This document shows positions 19,428 to 28,518 of a DNA stretch of 36,672 nucleotides, piece after piece. Numbering within the stretch: position 1 is the first letter of the stretch; every line of letters starts with the position of its first letter. The notes under the pieces were generated by a model, which saw only the letters and a list, made by a program, of their open reading frames with translations, was not told the DNA's origin and did not search any database. Position numbers and translations under genes: made by a program. The DNA is from Propionibacteriales bacterium. Lineage in GTDB: Bacteria > Actinomycetota > Actinomycetes > Propionibacteriales > Nocardioidaceae. Location: NCBI GenBank assembly GCA_038256225.1, contig JBBSKO010000001.1, positions 1 through 36,672 on the forward strand. Direction: 5' to 3'.

Positions 19428-20848
19428 GCCACGCACCCGCGCCGGGCCGGCGTGTGCGCGCCTCGGCCCGACGTCGGCCCGACGTCACGACCGTGCTCGC
19501 GCTGGTCGTGCCGCTGCTCACCGTGCTGGCGCTGCTCGCCGTGGACGTCGACCCGGCCGCCCCGGGTGCCGTGCCGCCCGAGCGCACGACCCTGACCCGG
19601 TCCACCACGACCTGCCCGGGGCTGGACGCCCCGGTCGTCGTGACCACCACCGGGCAGGCCGGGGGCGAGGTCGAGGTGCGTCGGGGCGAGGACGTCGCCG
19701 ACGTCGCGGTCGGGCCCGCCGTCCCCGCCACCGCGCCCTCGGCGCCCGCGGCGGCCGCCTCGCTGCCTGCCGAGGTCACCGGCGAGGGCGACCTCGCGCC
19801 CGGCCTGGTGGCCGGCCGGTTCCCCGAGGACGGCCAGCCCACGGCGCCGGAGTGCCGCGACCCGCGACCCGACCAGTGGTTCACCGGCGTGGGCGCCTCG
19901 CCCCGCCAGCCGTCGGTGCTCGAGCTGACCAACCCCGACGGCGGTCCGGCCGTGGCCGACGTGGTGGTGCACGGTCCGCGCGGCGTCGTCGACGCGCCGT
20001 CGCTGCGGGGCGTGGCCGTGCCCGGCCAGGGCGTCGTCCTCGTCGAGCTGGCCGAGGAGGTCCCCCGCCTCGGCGACCTGGCGCTCCACGTCACCACCAC
20101 CCGCGGACGCGTCGGGGCAGCGGTGCTGGACCGCTTCGACGACCTCGGCGCGGGAGCCTCGGGCTCCGAGTGGGCCGCCTCCCAGGCCGCCCCCGCCACC
20201 GACGTCCTGCTGCTCGGCCTGCCCGGTCAGGAGGCGCGGCGTGACCTCGTCGTGGCCAACGCCTCCGACGACGAGGCCCGGGTGGCGGTCTCCGTGCTGA
20301 CCGCGGACTCCGAGTTCACCCCCGAGGGCTCGCCGGAGCTGGAGGTGGATCCTCAGGGCACCGCCTCGCTGGACCTCGGCGACGTGCTGACCGGTGCGGC
20401 GCTCGACGACGTCGTGGGACTCCGCCTGGAGGCGTCGCGCCCGGTGACCGCCGCGCTGCGCACCGTCGTCGAGGGCGACCTCGCCGTCACCCCGGCGGCC
20501 GAGGTCCTCGGCCAGGGCGGCACGACCACCGTGCTCCCGGCCGGGGCGACCGAGCTGGTCCTCGCCGGGGCCTCCGGTAGTGGCACGGTCGTCGCCACGC
20601 CCCGCGACGCAGAGGGGGAGCCGCTCGGGCCGGAGGAGGGCCTGCGGGCCGACCTGGCGCCCGAGCGGGCCTCGGTGCTCGAGCTGCCCGAGGGCACCCG
20701 GCTGCTCGAGGTCCGTCTGCGGGGCGCGGAGGCGGCCGGCTCGGTGGTCGTCCGCGGCGAGGACGGCGGCGGGGGAGCGGCGGTCGTCCGCCTGCACGAC
20801 CTCGAGACCAGCGCGCTGGTCGGTGCCGTGCGCCCGGCCCTGCCGTGA
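19424..20848 (+). CDS. DUF5719-like membrane-anchored extracytoplasmic protein
   Basis: ATGA overlap with the upstream GT. N-terminal TM segment, C....WF.G and LELTNP motifs. Position after the whiB-linked GT is typical. Confidence 0.7.
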   Translation: MSHAPAPGRRVRASARRRPDVTTVLALVVPLLTVLALLAVDVDPAAPGAVPPERTTLTRSTTTCPGLDAPVVVTTTGQAGGEVEVRRGEDVADVAVGPAVPATAPSAPAAAASLPAEVTGEGDLAPGLVAGRFPEDGQPTAPECRDPRPDQWFTGVGASPRQPSVLELTNPDGGPAVADVVVHGPRGVVDAPSLRGVAVPGQGVVLVELAEEVPRLGDLALHVTTTRGRVGAAVLDRFDDLGAGASGSEWAASQAAPATDVLLLGLPGQEARRDLVVANASDDEARVAVSVLTADSEFTPEGSPELEVDPQGTASLDLGDVLTGAALDDVVGLRLEASRPVTAALRTVVEGDLAVTPAAEVLGQGGTTTVLPAGATELVLAGASGSGTVVATPRDAEGEPLGPEEGLRADLAPERASVLELPEGTRLLEVRLRGAEAAGSVVVRGEDGGGGAAVVRLHDLETSALVGAVRPALP

Positions 20849-20870
20849 CCGTCGAACGGCCGCAGCGGGA

Positions 20871-21317
20871 CTAGTCGGGCCGGTCTCCGGCGTAGCGGGG
20901 GTCCACGTCCTCCGGGGGGAGGCCGAGCAGGACCGCCACCTGCTCGACGAGGACCGCGTGCACCAGCGCCCGGAGGTCCTCGCGGTCCTCGGCCCGGAGC
21001 TCGAGGGGCCGGCGGAACAGCACCACCCGGGCCGGGGTCGCGCCGGCGGCGTGGACCAGGGCCGAGAGCGGGACGGGGCTGCCGCCCCAGTCGGCACCCA
21101 CCTGCGGAGCGTCCTCCACGGCGTACTCGACCAGTCCGAGACGGTCGCGCCAGCGGTCCTCGAGCCCGGTCACCGAGGCCAGCACCATCGCGTCGAAGCG
21201 GTCAGCCCGGGTGGGGGTCTCGGGCTGTCCGGGCACCCGCGGGAGGATCGCGGGGCCCCTCATGCCTCGTCCCCGCCGGTCGCGGGTGCGGGGTCGGGGT
21301 GCCGGGTCGCTCGCCAC
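20871..21317 (-). CDS. Zinicin-like metallopeptidase family protein (Rv3259-like)
   Basis: RDRRGRGMRGP, AVEDAP, RVVLFRRPLE.RA and EQVA.LLG..PE.VDP. -10 TAGGCT (21329-21324) lies 6 nt before the GTG. Confidence 0.8.
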   Translation of the reverse strand: MASDPAPRPRTRDRRGRGMRGPAILPRVPGQPETPTRADRFDAMVLASVTGLEDRWRDRLGLVEYAVEDAPQVGADWGGSPVPLSALVHAAGATPARVVLFRRPLELRAEDREDLRALVHAVLVEQVAVLLGLPPEDVDPRYAGDRPD

Positions 21318-21366
21318 GCCGCGAGCCTAGTCGGGGGCCCGGTCACCGCCGGGTACGGTCGCCCAC

Positions 21367-21726
21367 GTGAGCCAGGCCCGTCGATGTTCGCGCACCCCGT
21401 GCGGTCGGCGCGCCGTGTCGACCCTGACCTACGTCTACGCGGACCAGACGGCCGTGCTCGGGCCGCTGTCCACCTACGCGGAGCCCCACGCCTACGACCT
21501 GTGCGAGCAGCACGGCCAGCGGCTCTCCGCACCGCGGGGCTGGGAGGTCCTGCGGCTGGCCCGCGACACCCTCGACCGGGGGCCGTCGGACGACGACCTG
21601 CTCGCCCTGGCCGACGCGGTGCGCGAGGCCGCCCGACCGCTGCCGCCGCGCGTGCCGGAGCCGGCCGTCGAGGGATCGCGGGAGACCGGGCGACGCGGTC
21701 ACCTGCGGGTGCTGACCAGCGAGTGA
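21367..21726 (+). CDS. DUF3499 family protein (Rv3258c-like)
   Basis: RRCSR..C...AV.TLTYVYADQTAVLGPL...EPH.YDLC..H...P.GW and C-terminal RRGHLRV. -10 TACGGT at 21354-21359. Confidence 0.9.
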   Translation: MSQARRCSRTPCGRRAVSTLTYVYADQTAVLGPLSTYAEPHAYDLCEQHGQRLSAPRGWEVLRLARDTLDRGPSDDDLLALADAVREAARPLPPRVPEPAVEGSRETGRRGHLRVLTSE

Positions 21727-21758
21727 GCCCCACCCCGGGGCGCGGCTAGGGTCCTCCC

Positions 21759-23135
21759 ATGTCCTCCACCCTGGACCCCGCGAACCTGGCCGCCGTGTTC
21801 AAGGCCTACGACGTCCGGGGCACCGTGCCCGACCAGCTCGACGAGAAGCTCGCCCGTGCCGTCGGCCGGGCGTTCGTCCACGTCGTCGGCGAGTCCCACG
21901 TGGTGGTCGGCCACGACATGCGCCCCACCTCGCCCGGCATGGCGGGTGCGTTCGCCGCCGGTGCGGCCGAGGCCGGTGCCGACGTGACGATGATCGGACT
22001 GGCCTCGACCGACCAGCTCTACTTCGCCTCGGGCCACCTCGGCGTCGCCGGGGCCATGTTCACCGCCAGCCACAACCCGGCCGCCTACAACGGGATCAAG
22101 ATGTGCCGGGCCGCGGCCGTGCCGCTGGGCGGCGACACTGGGCTGACCGCGGTCCGCGACCTCGCGGCGGCCGGCGGCGGGGAGCCGGCGGAGGTCGCCG
22201 GCTCGATCTCCTCCCACGACGTGCTCGAGGCGTACGCGGCGCACCTGCTGGCCCTCGCCCCGGTGCAGGGCCGACGACTCAAGGTCGTCGTCGACGCCGG
22301 GAACGGGATGGCCGGGCACACCGCGCCGGCGGTCTTCGACCGGCTCGGCACGGACCGGGTCGAGGTCGTGCCGCTGTTCTTCGAGCTCGACGGCAGCTTC
22401 CCGAACCACGAGGCCAACCCGATCGACCCCGACAACCTGCGCGACCTCCAGGCCGCGGTCCTGGCCGAGGGCGCCGACGTCGGGCTGGCCTTCGACGGCG
22501 ACGCCGACCGCTGCTTCCTGGTCGACGAGCGCGGCGCGCTCGTGCCGCCCTCGACGCTGACCGCGCTGATCGCCGAGCGCGAGCTGGCCCGCCACCCCGG
22601 CTCGACGGTGATCCACAACCTGATCACCAGCCGGGCCGTGCCCGAGCTGGTCACCGAGCTCGGCGGCGTCCCGGTGCGGACCCGGGTCGGCCACTCGTTC
22701 ATCAAGGCGACCATGGCCGAGACCGACGCCGTCTTCGGCGGGGAGCACAGCGGGCACTTCTACTTCCGTGACTTCTGGCGTGCCGACTCGGGCATGCTCG
22801 CGGCGCTCCACGCCCTCGCCGCCCTGGCCGAGGACGGCGGCACCCTGTCGGCGCTGCTGGCGCCGTACGAGCGTTACTGCCTGAGCGGCGAGGTCAACTC
22901 GACCGTGCAGGACGCGCCCGCCGTGGTCGCGGCGATCGAGGACGACTGGGGCGCCCGGCCCGGGGCCAGCACCGACCACCTGGACGGGCTGACCGTCAGC
23001 CACGAGGACTGGACGTTCAACGTCCGCTCCTCCAACACCGAGCCGCTGCTGCGGCTCAACGCCGAGGGGAAGGACGAGGAGACGATGGCACGCGTGCGCG
23101 ACGAGGTCCTGTCGACGATCAGGGGGGCGGCATGA
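21759..23135 (+). CDS. manB: Phosphomannomutase/phosphoglucomutase
   Basis: FKAYDVRG, phosphoserine loop TASHNP, metal loop FDGDADR, GGEHSGH and RSSNTEP. -10 TAGGGT at 21747-21752, 6 nt before the ATG. Confidence 0.95.
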   Translation: MSSTLDPANLAAVFKAYDVRGTVPDQLDEKLARAVGRAFVHVVGESHVVVGHDMRPTSPGMAGAFAAGAAEAGADVTMIGLASTDQLYFASGHLGVAGAMFTASHNPAAYNGIKMCRAAAVPLGGDTGLTAVRDLAAAGGGEPAEVAGSISSHDVLEAYAAHLLALAPVQGRRLKVVVDAGNGMAGHTAPAVFDRLGTDRVEVVPLFFELDGSFPNHEANPIDPDNLRDLQAAVLAEGADVGLAFDGDADRCFLVDERGALVPPSTLTALIAERELARHPGSTVIHNLITSRAVPELVTELGGVPVRTRVGHSFIKATMAETDAVFGGEHSGHFYFRDFWRADSGMLAALHALAALAEDGGTLSALLAPYERYCLSGEVNSTVQDAPAVVAAIEDDWGARPGASTDHLDGLTVSHEDWTFNVRSSNTEPLLRLNAEGKDEETMARVRDEVLSTIRGAA

Positions 23136-23374
23136 GCACCGACGGCCCGACGACCGACCCGACCACCGACCCGACGACCGACCCGACGACCGACCCGGTG
23201 CTGGACCCGGTGCTGCTCGACGTCGTGGTCTGCCCCGACTGCCGCTCCGCCCTGGCGGTGGGCACCCCGCCGGACGGGACGGGCCAGGAGCTGGTCTGCC
23301 AGGGCTGCGGTCTCGCCTACCCGGTGCGGGACGGCATCCCGGTGCTGCTGGTCGACGAGGCCGTGCGACGGTGA
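23132..23374 (+). CDS. Trm112 family protein
   Basis: LLDVVVCPDCRS.L...ELVC..CGLAYPVRDGIPVLLVDEA. ATGA overlap with manB. Confidence 0.9.
   Translation: MSTDGPTTDPTTDPTTDPTTDPVLDPVLLDVVVCPDCRSALAVGTPPDGTGQELVCQGCGLAYPVRDGIPVLLVDEAVRR
23147..23215 (+). repeat. 12-bp tandem repeats encoding (PTTD)4 then PVLD-PVL
   Basis: CCGAC(G/C)ACCGAC x4 followed by CCGGTGCTGGAC-CCGGTGCTG. Confidence 0.9.
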
Positions 23375-23407
23375 CCCGGCCGACAGTGACGCGGCGGTGA
23401 GCCGGCG

Positions 23408-24442
23408 GTGACCTGGTTCGACGAGTCCCGGCTGGAGGACGAGGCCGCCCTGGCGTCGGTCGACCAGCGGCTGCGGTTCCTCGCCGGGTCCGGTGCCCGG
23501 GTGCGTCGCGACGCCGGCGAGGCGGCGGTTGCCTTGGCCGGGGAGGCCGCGGGCGCGCTGCGTGCCGCGGAGAGCCGACCACGGGCGCTGATCGCGGCCG
23601 GTCCCGACTCCCGACTGCTGCGGGCCGTGCTCGAGCCGGCCTGCCCGGTGCCGTTCGTCGCGTGGCCGTACCCGGTGCTGCCGGGCTGGGCCGGGGCCCT
23701 CGACCTCGTGGTCGTGCTCGCCCCCGAGGGCTCGGACCCCGGGGCGGCCTCCGCGGTCGCGGAGGCCGTGCGACGCGGCTGCCAGGTCGTCGTCGCGGGC
23801 CCGCCGGGCTCGATGGTGGTGGAGCACGCCGCCGGCAGGGACAGCGCCGTGCTTCCGTGCACCACCCGGGACCAGCTGGCGGCGGCCGTGGTGGTCCTCG
23901 ACCTCCTCCACCGCGTCGGTCTGGGACCGCAGGCCGACCCCGAGACGGTGGCCGGCGCGCTCGACGACGTCGCCCGGTCGGCCTCGCCGCACCGCGACCT
24001 GACGGTGAACCCGGCCAAGGCGCTGGCCATCGCCCTGGCCGACACCGTGCCGCTGCTCTGGGGCGGGTCCGTGCTCGCCCAGCGGGCGGCACGCCGGGTG
24101 GCCGAGTCGATGCGGCGCACGAGCGGTCGCGCGGCCCTGGCCGGTGACGTCGACACGCTGTGGCCCGTGCTCGACGCAGCCCGCCCGCGCGACCTCTTCG
24201 ACGACCCCGTCGCCGACGGCGCGGGCCCGCCGCAGCCGGCCCTGCTGCTGCTCGACGACGGCGCCGAGGACCCGGTCTCGCGCGAGCAGCGCGCCCGCCT
24301 GGTCGGGCTTGCCGACGAGCGGCGGCTGCGGGTGGAGGTGCTCGGGTCCGAGGCGACCGGAGAGGTGGCCCGCTACGCGTCCCTGCTGCTCTCGGGCACC
24401 TACGCCAGCGAGTACCTCGCGCTCGGCCTCGTCGACGGGTGA
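23408..24442 (+). CDS. SIS-domain protein (PGI/PMI-like, Rv3256c/TobH-like)
   Basis: RPRA, LPGWAGALDLVVV and NPAKALA..LA...P..W. Located after manB-Trm112. Confidence 0.75.
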   Translation: MTWFDESRLEDEAALASVDQRLRFLAGSGARVRRDAGEAAVALAGEAAGALRAAESRPRALIAAGPDSRLLRAVLEPACPVPFVAWPYPVLPGWAGALDLVVVLAPEGSDPGAASAVAEAVRRGCQVVVAGPPGSMVVEHAAGRDSAVLPCTTRDQLAAAVVVLDLLHRVGLGPQADPETVAGALDDVARSASPHRDLTVNPAKALAIALADTVPLLWGGSVLAQRAARRVAESMRRTSGRAALAGDVDTLWPVLDAARPRDLFDDPVADGAGPPQPALLLLDDGAEDPVSREQRARLVGLADERRLRVEVLGSEATGEVARYASLLLSGTYASEYLALGLVDG

Positions 24443-24588
24443 CCTCCGCCACCGGGGGCCGACCGGGCGGGCAGGGGAAAATGGGTGGTCGTGAGGATTC
24501 TGTGGAAGCGCGGCGGCCGTCCTAATCTCGAAGTCCGCCGTCCGTCACCCGTCCCGACGCCTTGAGCGTGGACTAAGGAGCACATCCC

Positions 24589-26034
24589 GTGGATTACAAG
24601 GTCGCCGACCTCTCCCTGGCCGACTACGGTCGCACCGAGATCACCCTCGCCGAGCACGAGATGCCCGGCCTCGTCGCGATGCGCGAGCGCTACGGCAAGG
24701 ACAAGCCGCTGCGCGGCGCCCGCGTCGCCGGCTCGCTGCACATGACGATCCAGACCGCCGTCCTGATCGAGACCCTGGTCGACCTGGGCGCCGAGGTCCG
24801 CTGGGCCTCCTGCAACATCTTCTCCACCCAGGACCACGCCGCCGCCGCGGTGGTCGTCGGTCGTGACGGCACGCCCGAGGACCCCCAGGGCGTCCCGGTC
24901 TTCGCCTGGAAGGGCGAGAGCCTGCAGGAGTACTGGTGGTGCACCCAGCAGATCCTGGACTGGGGCGTCGTCGACGGCGAGAACGTCTTCGCCAACATGA
25001 TCCTCGACGACGGCGGCGACGCCACGATGCTGGTCCACCTCGGCGTCGAGGCCGAGAAGAAGGGCGAGGCGCCCGCGCTCGACTCCGCCAAGAGCGCCGA
25101 GCAGCGGATCGTCTTCGAGGTGCTCCAGGCCAGCCTCGCCGCGACCAAGGACCGCTGGACCCAGGTCGCCGCCGAGATCCGCGGCGTCACCGAGGAGACC
25201 ACCACCGGCGTGCACCGTCTCTACGAGATGATGCGCGAGGGTTCGCTGCTCTTCCCCGCGATCAACGTCAACGACTCGGTCACCAAGTCGAAGTTCGACA
25301 ACAAGTACGGCTGCCGCCACTCGCTCATCGACGGCATCAACCGGGCGACCGACGTCCTGATCGGCGGGAAGGTCGCCGTCGTCTGCGGCTACGGCGACGT
25401 CGGCAAGGGCAGCGCGGAGTCGCTGCGTGGCCAGGGCGCCCGCGTCGTGGTCACCGAGATCGACCCGATCTGCGCCCTGCAGGCCGCGATGGACGGCTAC
25501 CAGGTCACCACGCTCGACGACATCATCGGCCAGGCCGACATCATCGTCACCGCCACCGGCAACCGCGACGTGGTCACGGTCGAGCAGATGAAGCAGATGA
25601 AGCACCAGGCGATCATCGCCAACATCGGCCACTTCGACAACGAGATCGACATGGCCGGCCTCGAGGCCGACGGCGTCGCCTCGCGCAAGACCGTCAAGCC
25701 GCAGGTCGACGTCTGGACCTTCCCGGAGACGCAGAAGTCGGTCATCGTGCTGTCCGAGGGCCGCCTGATGAACCTGGGCAACGCCACCGGTCACCCCTCG
25801 TTCGTGATGTCGAACTCCTTCACCAACCAGGTCCTGGCGCAGATCGAGATCTTCACCAAGCCGCAGGACTACCCCGTCGGCGTCTACGTGCTGCCCAAGC
25901 ACCTCGACGAGGAGGTCGCCCGCCTGCACCTCGGTGCGCTCGGGGTCAAGCTGACCACGCTCAGCGACGACCAGGCCGCCTACCTCGGCATCCCGACCTC
26001 CGGGCCGTACAAGTCCGACGAGTACCGCTACTGA
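24589..26034 (+). CDS. ahcY: S-adenosylhomocysteine hydrolase
   Basis: [42 protein letters not shown] and [17 protein letters not shown]. Confidence 0.98.
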   Translation: MDYKVADLSLADYGRTEITLAEHEMPGLVAMRERYGKDKPLRGARVAGSLHMTIQTAVLIETLVDLGAEVRWASCNIFSTQDHAAAAVVVGRDGTPEDPQGVPVFAWKGESLQEYWWCTQQILDWGVVDGENVFANMILDDGGDATMLVHLGVEAEKKGEAPALDSAKSAEQRIVFEVLQASLAATKDRWTQVAAEIRGVTEETTTGVHRLYEMMREGSLLFPAINVNDSVTKSKFDNKYGCRHSLIDGINRATDVLIGGKVAVVCGYGDVGKGSAESLRGQGARVVVTEIDPICALQAAMDGYQVTTLDDIIGQADIIVTATGNRDVVTVEQMKQMKHQAIIANIGHFDNEIDMAGLEADGVASRKTVKPQVDVWTFPETQKSVIVLSEGRLMNLGNATGHPSFVMSNSFTNQVLAQIEIFTKPQDYPVGVYVLPKHLDEEVARLHLGALGVKLTTLSDDQAAYLGIPTSGPYKSDEYRY

Positions 26035-26147
26035 GGCAGACCCCGGACGGTCGTCGGCCGTCCACAGCCCGGCCCCCGACCCTCCTCGTCCACCGGACGC
26101 AGGCGGGGCCGGGGGCCGTCGCTGTGCCGGTGGGGCAAGATGGCCCC

Positions 26148-26870
26148 ATGAGCGCCTCCGCCGACGTCGACCTCCCCGGTGGCGCCGCAGCCCCCGCGCG
26201 GGGTCGCGTCCTGGTCGTCGACGACGATGCCGCCCTGGCCGAGATGCTGACCATCGTGCTGCGCCAGGAAGGCTTCGACAGCCGGATGTGCACCCGCGGC
26301 GACCTGGCGATGGCAGAGTTCCGTGACTACCGCCCCGACGTCGTCCTGCTGGACCTGATGCTGCCGGGCCGTGACGGCATCGACGTGTGCAAGGAGATCC
26401 GCGCCGAGTCCGGGGTGCCGATCGTGATGCTGACGGCGAAGGGCGACACCGTCGACGTGGTGGTGGGGCTGGAGTCCGGCGCCGACGACTACGTCGTCAA
26501 GCCGTTCAAGCCCAAGGAGCTCGTCGCGCGGATCCGGGCGCGGGTGCGTCGCGTGGACGGCCCGACCTCCGAGGCGCTGACCATCGGCGACCTCGCCATC
26601 GACGTCGCCGGCCACGTCGTCACCCGCGACGGGGCCCCGATCAGCCTCACGCCCCTGGAGTTCGACCTGCTGGTCTGCCTGGCCCGCAAGCCGTGGCAGG
26701 TCTTCAGCCGCGAGGTCCTCCTGGAGCAGGTGTGGGGCTACCGCCACGCCGCCGACACCCGCCTGGTCAACGTGCACGTCCAGCGCCTGCGCTCGAAGGT
26801 CGAGCACGACCCGGAGCACCCGGAGGTCGTGCTGACCGTGCGCGGGGTCGGTTACAAGGCCGGCGGCTGA
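26148..26870 (+). CDS. mtrA: OmpR-family response regulator MtrA
   Basis: LVVDDD, LLDLMLPG, DTVDVVVGLESGADDY and WGYRHAADTRLVNVHVQRLRSKVE. ATG 26148 lies 6 nt after CAAGAT. Confidence 0.95.
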   Translation: MSASADVDLPGGAAAPARGRVLVVDDDAALAEMLTIVLRQEGFDSRMCTRGDLAMAEFRDYRPDVVLLDLMLPGRDGIDVCKEIRAESGVPIVMLTAKGDTVDVVVGLESGADDYVVKPFKPKELVARIRARVRRVDGPTSEALTIGDLAIDVAGHVVTRDGAPISLTPLEFDLLVCLARKPWQVFSREVLLEQVWGYRHAADTRLVNVHVQRLRSKVEHDPEHPEVVLTVRGVGYKAGG

Positions 26871-26871
26871 G

Positions 26872-28518
26872 GTGCCACCGGCGCTCCCGACCGGTACCAC
26901 CGCCGGGCTGCGCCGCTGGCTGACCTTCTGGCGGCGCTCGATCCAGGCCCGGGTGGTGGTCGAGACCCTGCTGCTCTCCGCGGTCGTGGTGGGCGTGGTG
27001 GGGTGGCTGCTGCTCCAGCAGACCCGCGACGGGCTGCTCGACAACCGCGTCGACGTGGTCGTGGCCGAGGCCGGCGACGAGACCACCGAGGCCGAGGCGC
27101 GCCTGGGCGCGGCCAGCGGGACCGAGAACAACTCCGTGCGCCAGCAGCGCGAGCTCGCCGACCAGCTGATCGCGCGCGGGGACACCCGTGGGTTCGCGGT
27201 CGTCCTCGCCGGGCCCGTCGGGGGGCCCGACCTGACCGACGGCGGCGCCGAGTACAGCCCCGCGCTCGAGCTGGACAGCGTCCCGGCCTCCCTGCAGGAG
27301 CACTTCTCCACCGTCGCCGCGACGGCCTGGACCTACACCTCGATCCGGACGACCGACGAGGAGGGCGTGGCCACCACACGACCGGGCGTGGTGGTCGGCT
27401 CCCAGGTCAGGCTGCCCGCCGACGGCAACACCTACACGGTGTACTACCTGTTCCCCCTCGCCGAGCAGAGCGAGACCCTGGCCCTGGTCACCCGGGCGAT
27501 GCTCACGGCCGGGCTGCTGCTGATGGTGCTGGTCGCCGGGGTCACCCTGCTGGTGACCCGGCAGGTGGTGACGCCGGTACGCCTGGCCCGCCAGGTCGCC
27601 GAGCGGCTCGCGGCCGGGCAGCTGCAGGAACGGCTGCGCGTGCGGGGCGAGGACGACATCGCCCGGCTGGCGACCTCGTTCAACCAGATGGCCAGCAACC
27701 TGCAGCGCCAGATCCGCCAGCTCGAGGAGCTCAGCCGGGTGCAGCGCCGGTTCGTGGCCGACGTGTCGCACGAGCTGCGGACGCCGCTGACCACCGTCCG
27801 GATGGCCGGGGACCTCCTCCACGACGCGCGGGGGTCCTTCGAGCCGACCACCGCCCGCGCCGCCGAGCTGCTGCAGACCGAGCTGGACCGCTTCGAGACG
27901 CTGCTTGTCGACCTGCTCGAGATCAGCCGGTTCGACGCCGGTGCGGCGGTGCTCGACACCGAGGACGTCGACCTGGTCGAGGCCGCGGAGCGGGTGGTCG
28001 AGTCGACCCGCGCCCTGGCCGAGCAGCGCGGGGTGCGGGTCGAGGTGCTCCCGGCCGACGGGCACTGCGTCGCCCAGGCGGACGTGCGCCGGGTCGAGCG
28101 GGTGCTGCGCAACCTGGTCTCGAACGCCATCGACCACGCCGACGCCACGCGCCCCGGCGCCGGGGTCGAGATCCGGGTGGCCGCCGACGCCGACGGGGCG
28201 GCGGTCACGGTGCGCGACCACGGCGTCGGCCTGGCGCCGGGGGAGGCCGCGATGGTCTTCAACCGGTTCTGGCGCGCCGACCCGGCACGGGCCCGCACCA
28301 GCGGGGGGACCGGCCTCGGGCTCTCCATCGCCCTCGAGGACGCGCACCTGCACGGCGGGTGGCTCCAGGCCTGGGGGCGCCCGGGCCAGGGTGCCCAGTT
28401 CCGGCTCACGCTCCCGCGCCGCGTCGGGGCCGCCCTCCGGCACAGCCCGCTGCCCCTCGCGCCGGTGGACGCCGAGCCCACCGCCGACGACGCGCCGCTG
28501 GCAGGGGCGTCGTCGTGA
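26872..28518 (+). CDS. mtrB: Sensor histidine kinase MtrB
   Basis: Two TM segments, HAMP, H-box DVSHELRTPL, N-box NLVSNA, DHGVG, FNRFWRAD and GGTGLGL. Confidence 0.95.
   Translation: MPPALPTGTTAGLRRWLTFWRRSIQARVVVETLLLSAVVVGVVGWLLLQQTRDGLLDNRVDVVVAEAGDETTEAEARLGAASGTENNSVRQQRELADQLIARGDTRGFAVVLAGPVGGPDLTDGGAEYSPALELDSVPASLQEHFSTVAATAWTYTSIRTTDEEGVATTRPGVVVGSQVRLPADGNTYTVYYLFPLAEQSETLALVTRAMLTAGLLLMVLVAGVTLLVTRQVVTPVRLARQVAERLAAGQLQERLRVRGEDDIARLATSFNQMASNLQRQIRQLEELSRVQRRFVADVSHELRTPLTTVRMAGDLLHDARGSFEPTTARAAELLQTELDRFETLLVDLLEISRFDAGAAVLDTEDVDLVEAAERVVESTRALAEQRGVRVEVLPADGHCVAQADVRRVERVLRNLVSNAIDHADATRPGAGVEIRVAADADGAAVTVRDHGVGLAPGEAAMVFNRFWRADPARARTSGGTGLGLSIALEDAHLHGGWLQAWGRPGQGAQFRLTLPRRVGAALRHSPLPLAPVDAEPTADDAPLAGASS

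Noticed and set aside
9784-23215. Short tandem repeats at 9784-9846 and 23147-23215 as possible CRISPR or mobile-element repeats
   Set aside because: They are in-frame coding microsatellites with no spacers and no cas or transposase genes nearby.
24443-24588. SAH or SAM-IV riboswitch upstream of ahcY
   Set aside because: Core consensus segments were not found, so it is kept only as an unexplained leader.
26035-26147. Absence of tmk between ahcY and mtrA, and a possible remnant
   Set aside because: The 113-nt gap holds only GC hairpins and a promoter-like hexamer with no tmk trace. The mycobacterial gene order is not universal.
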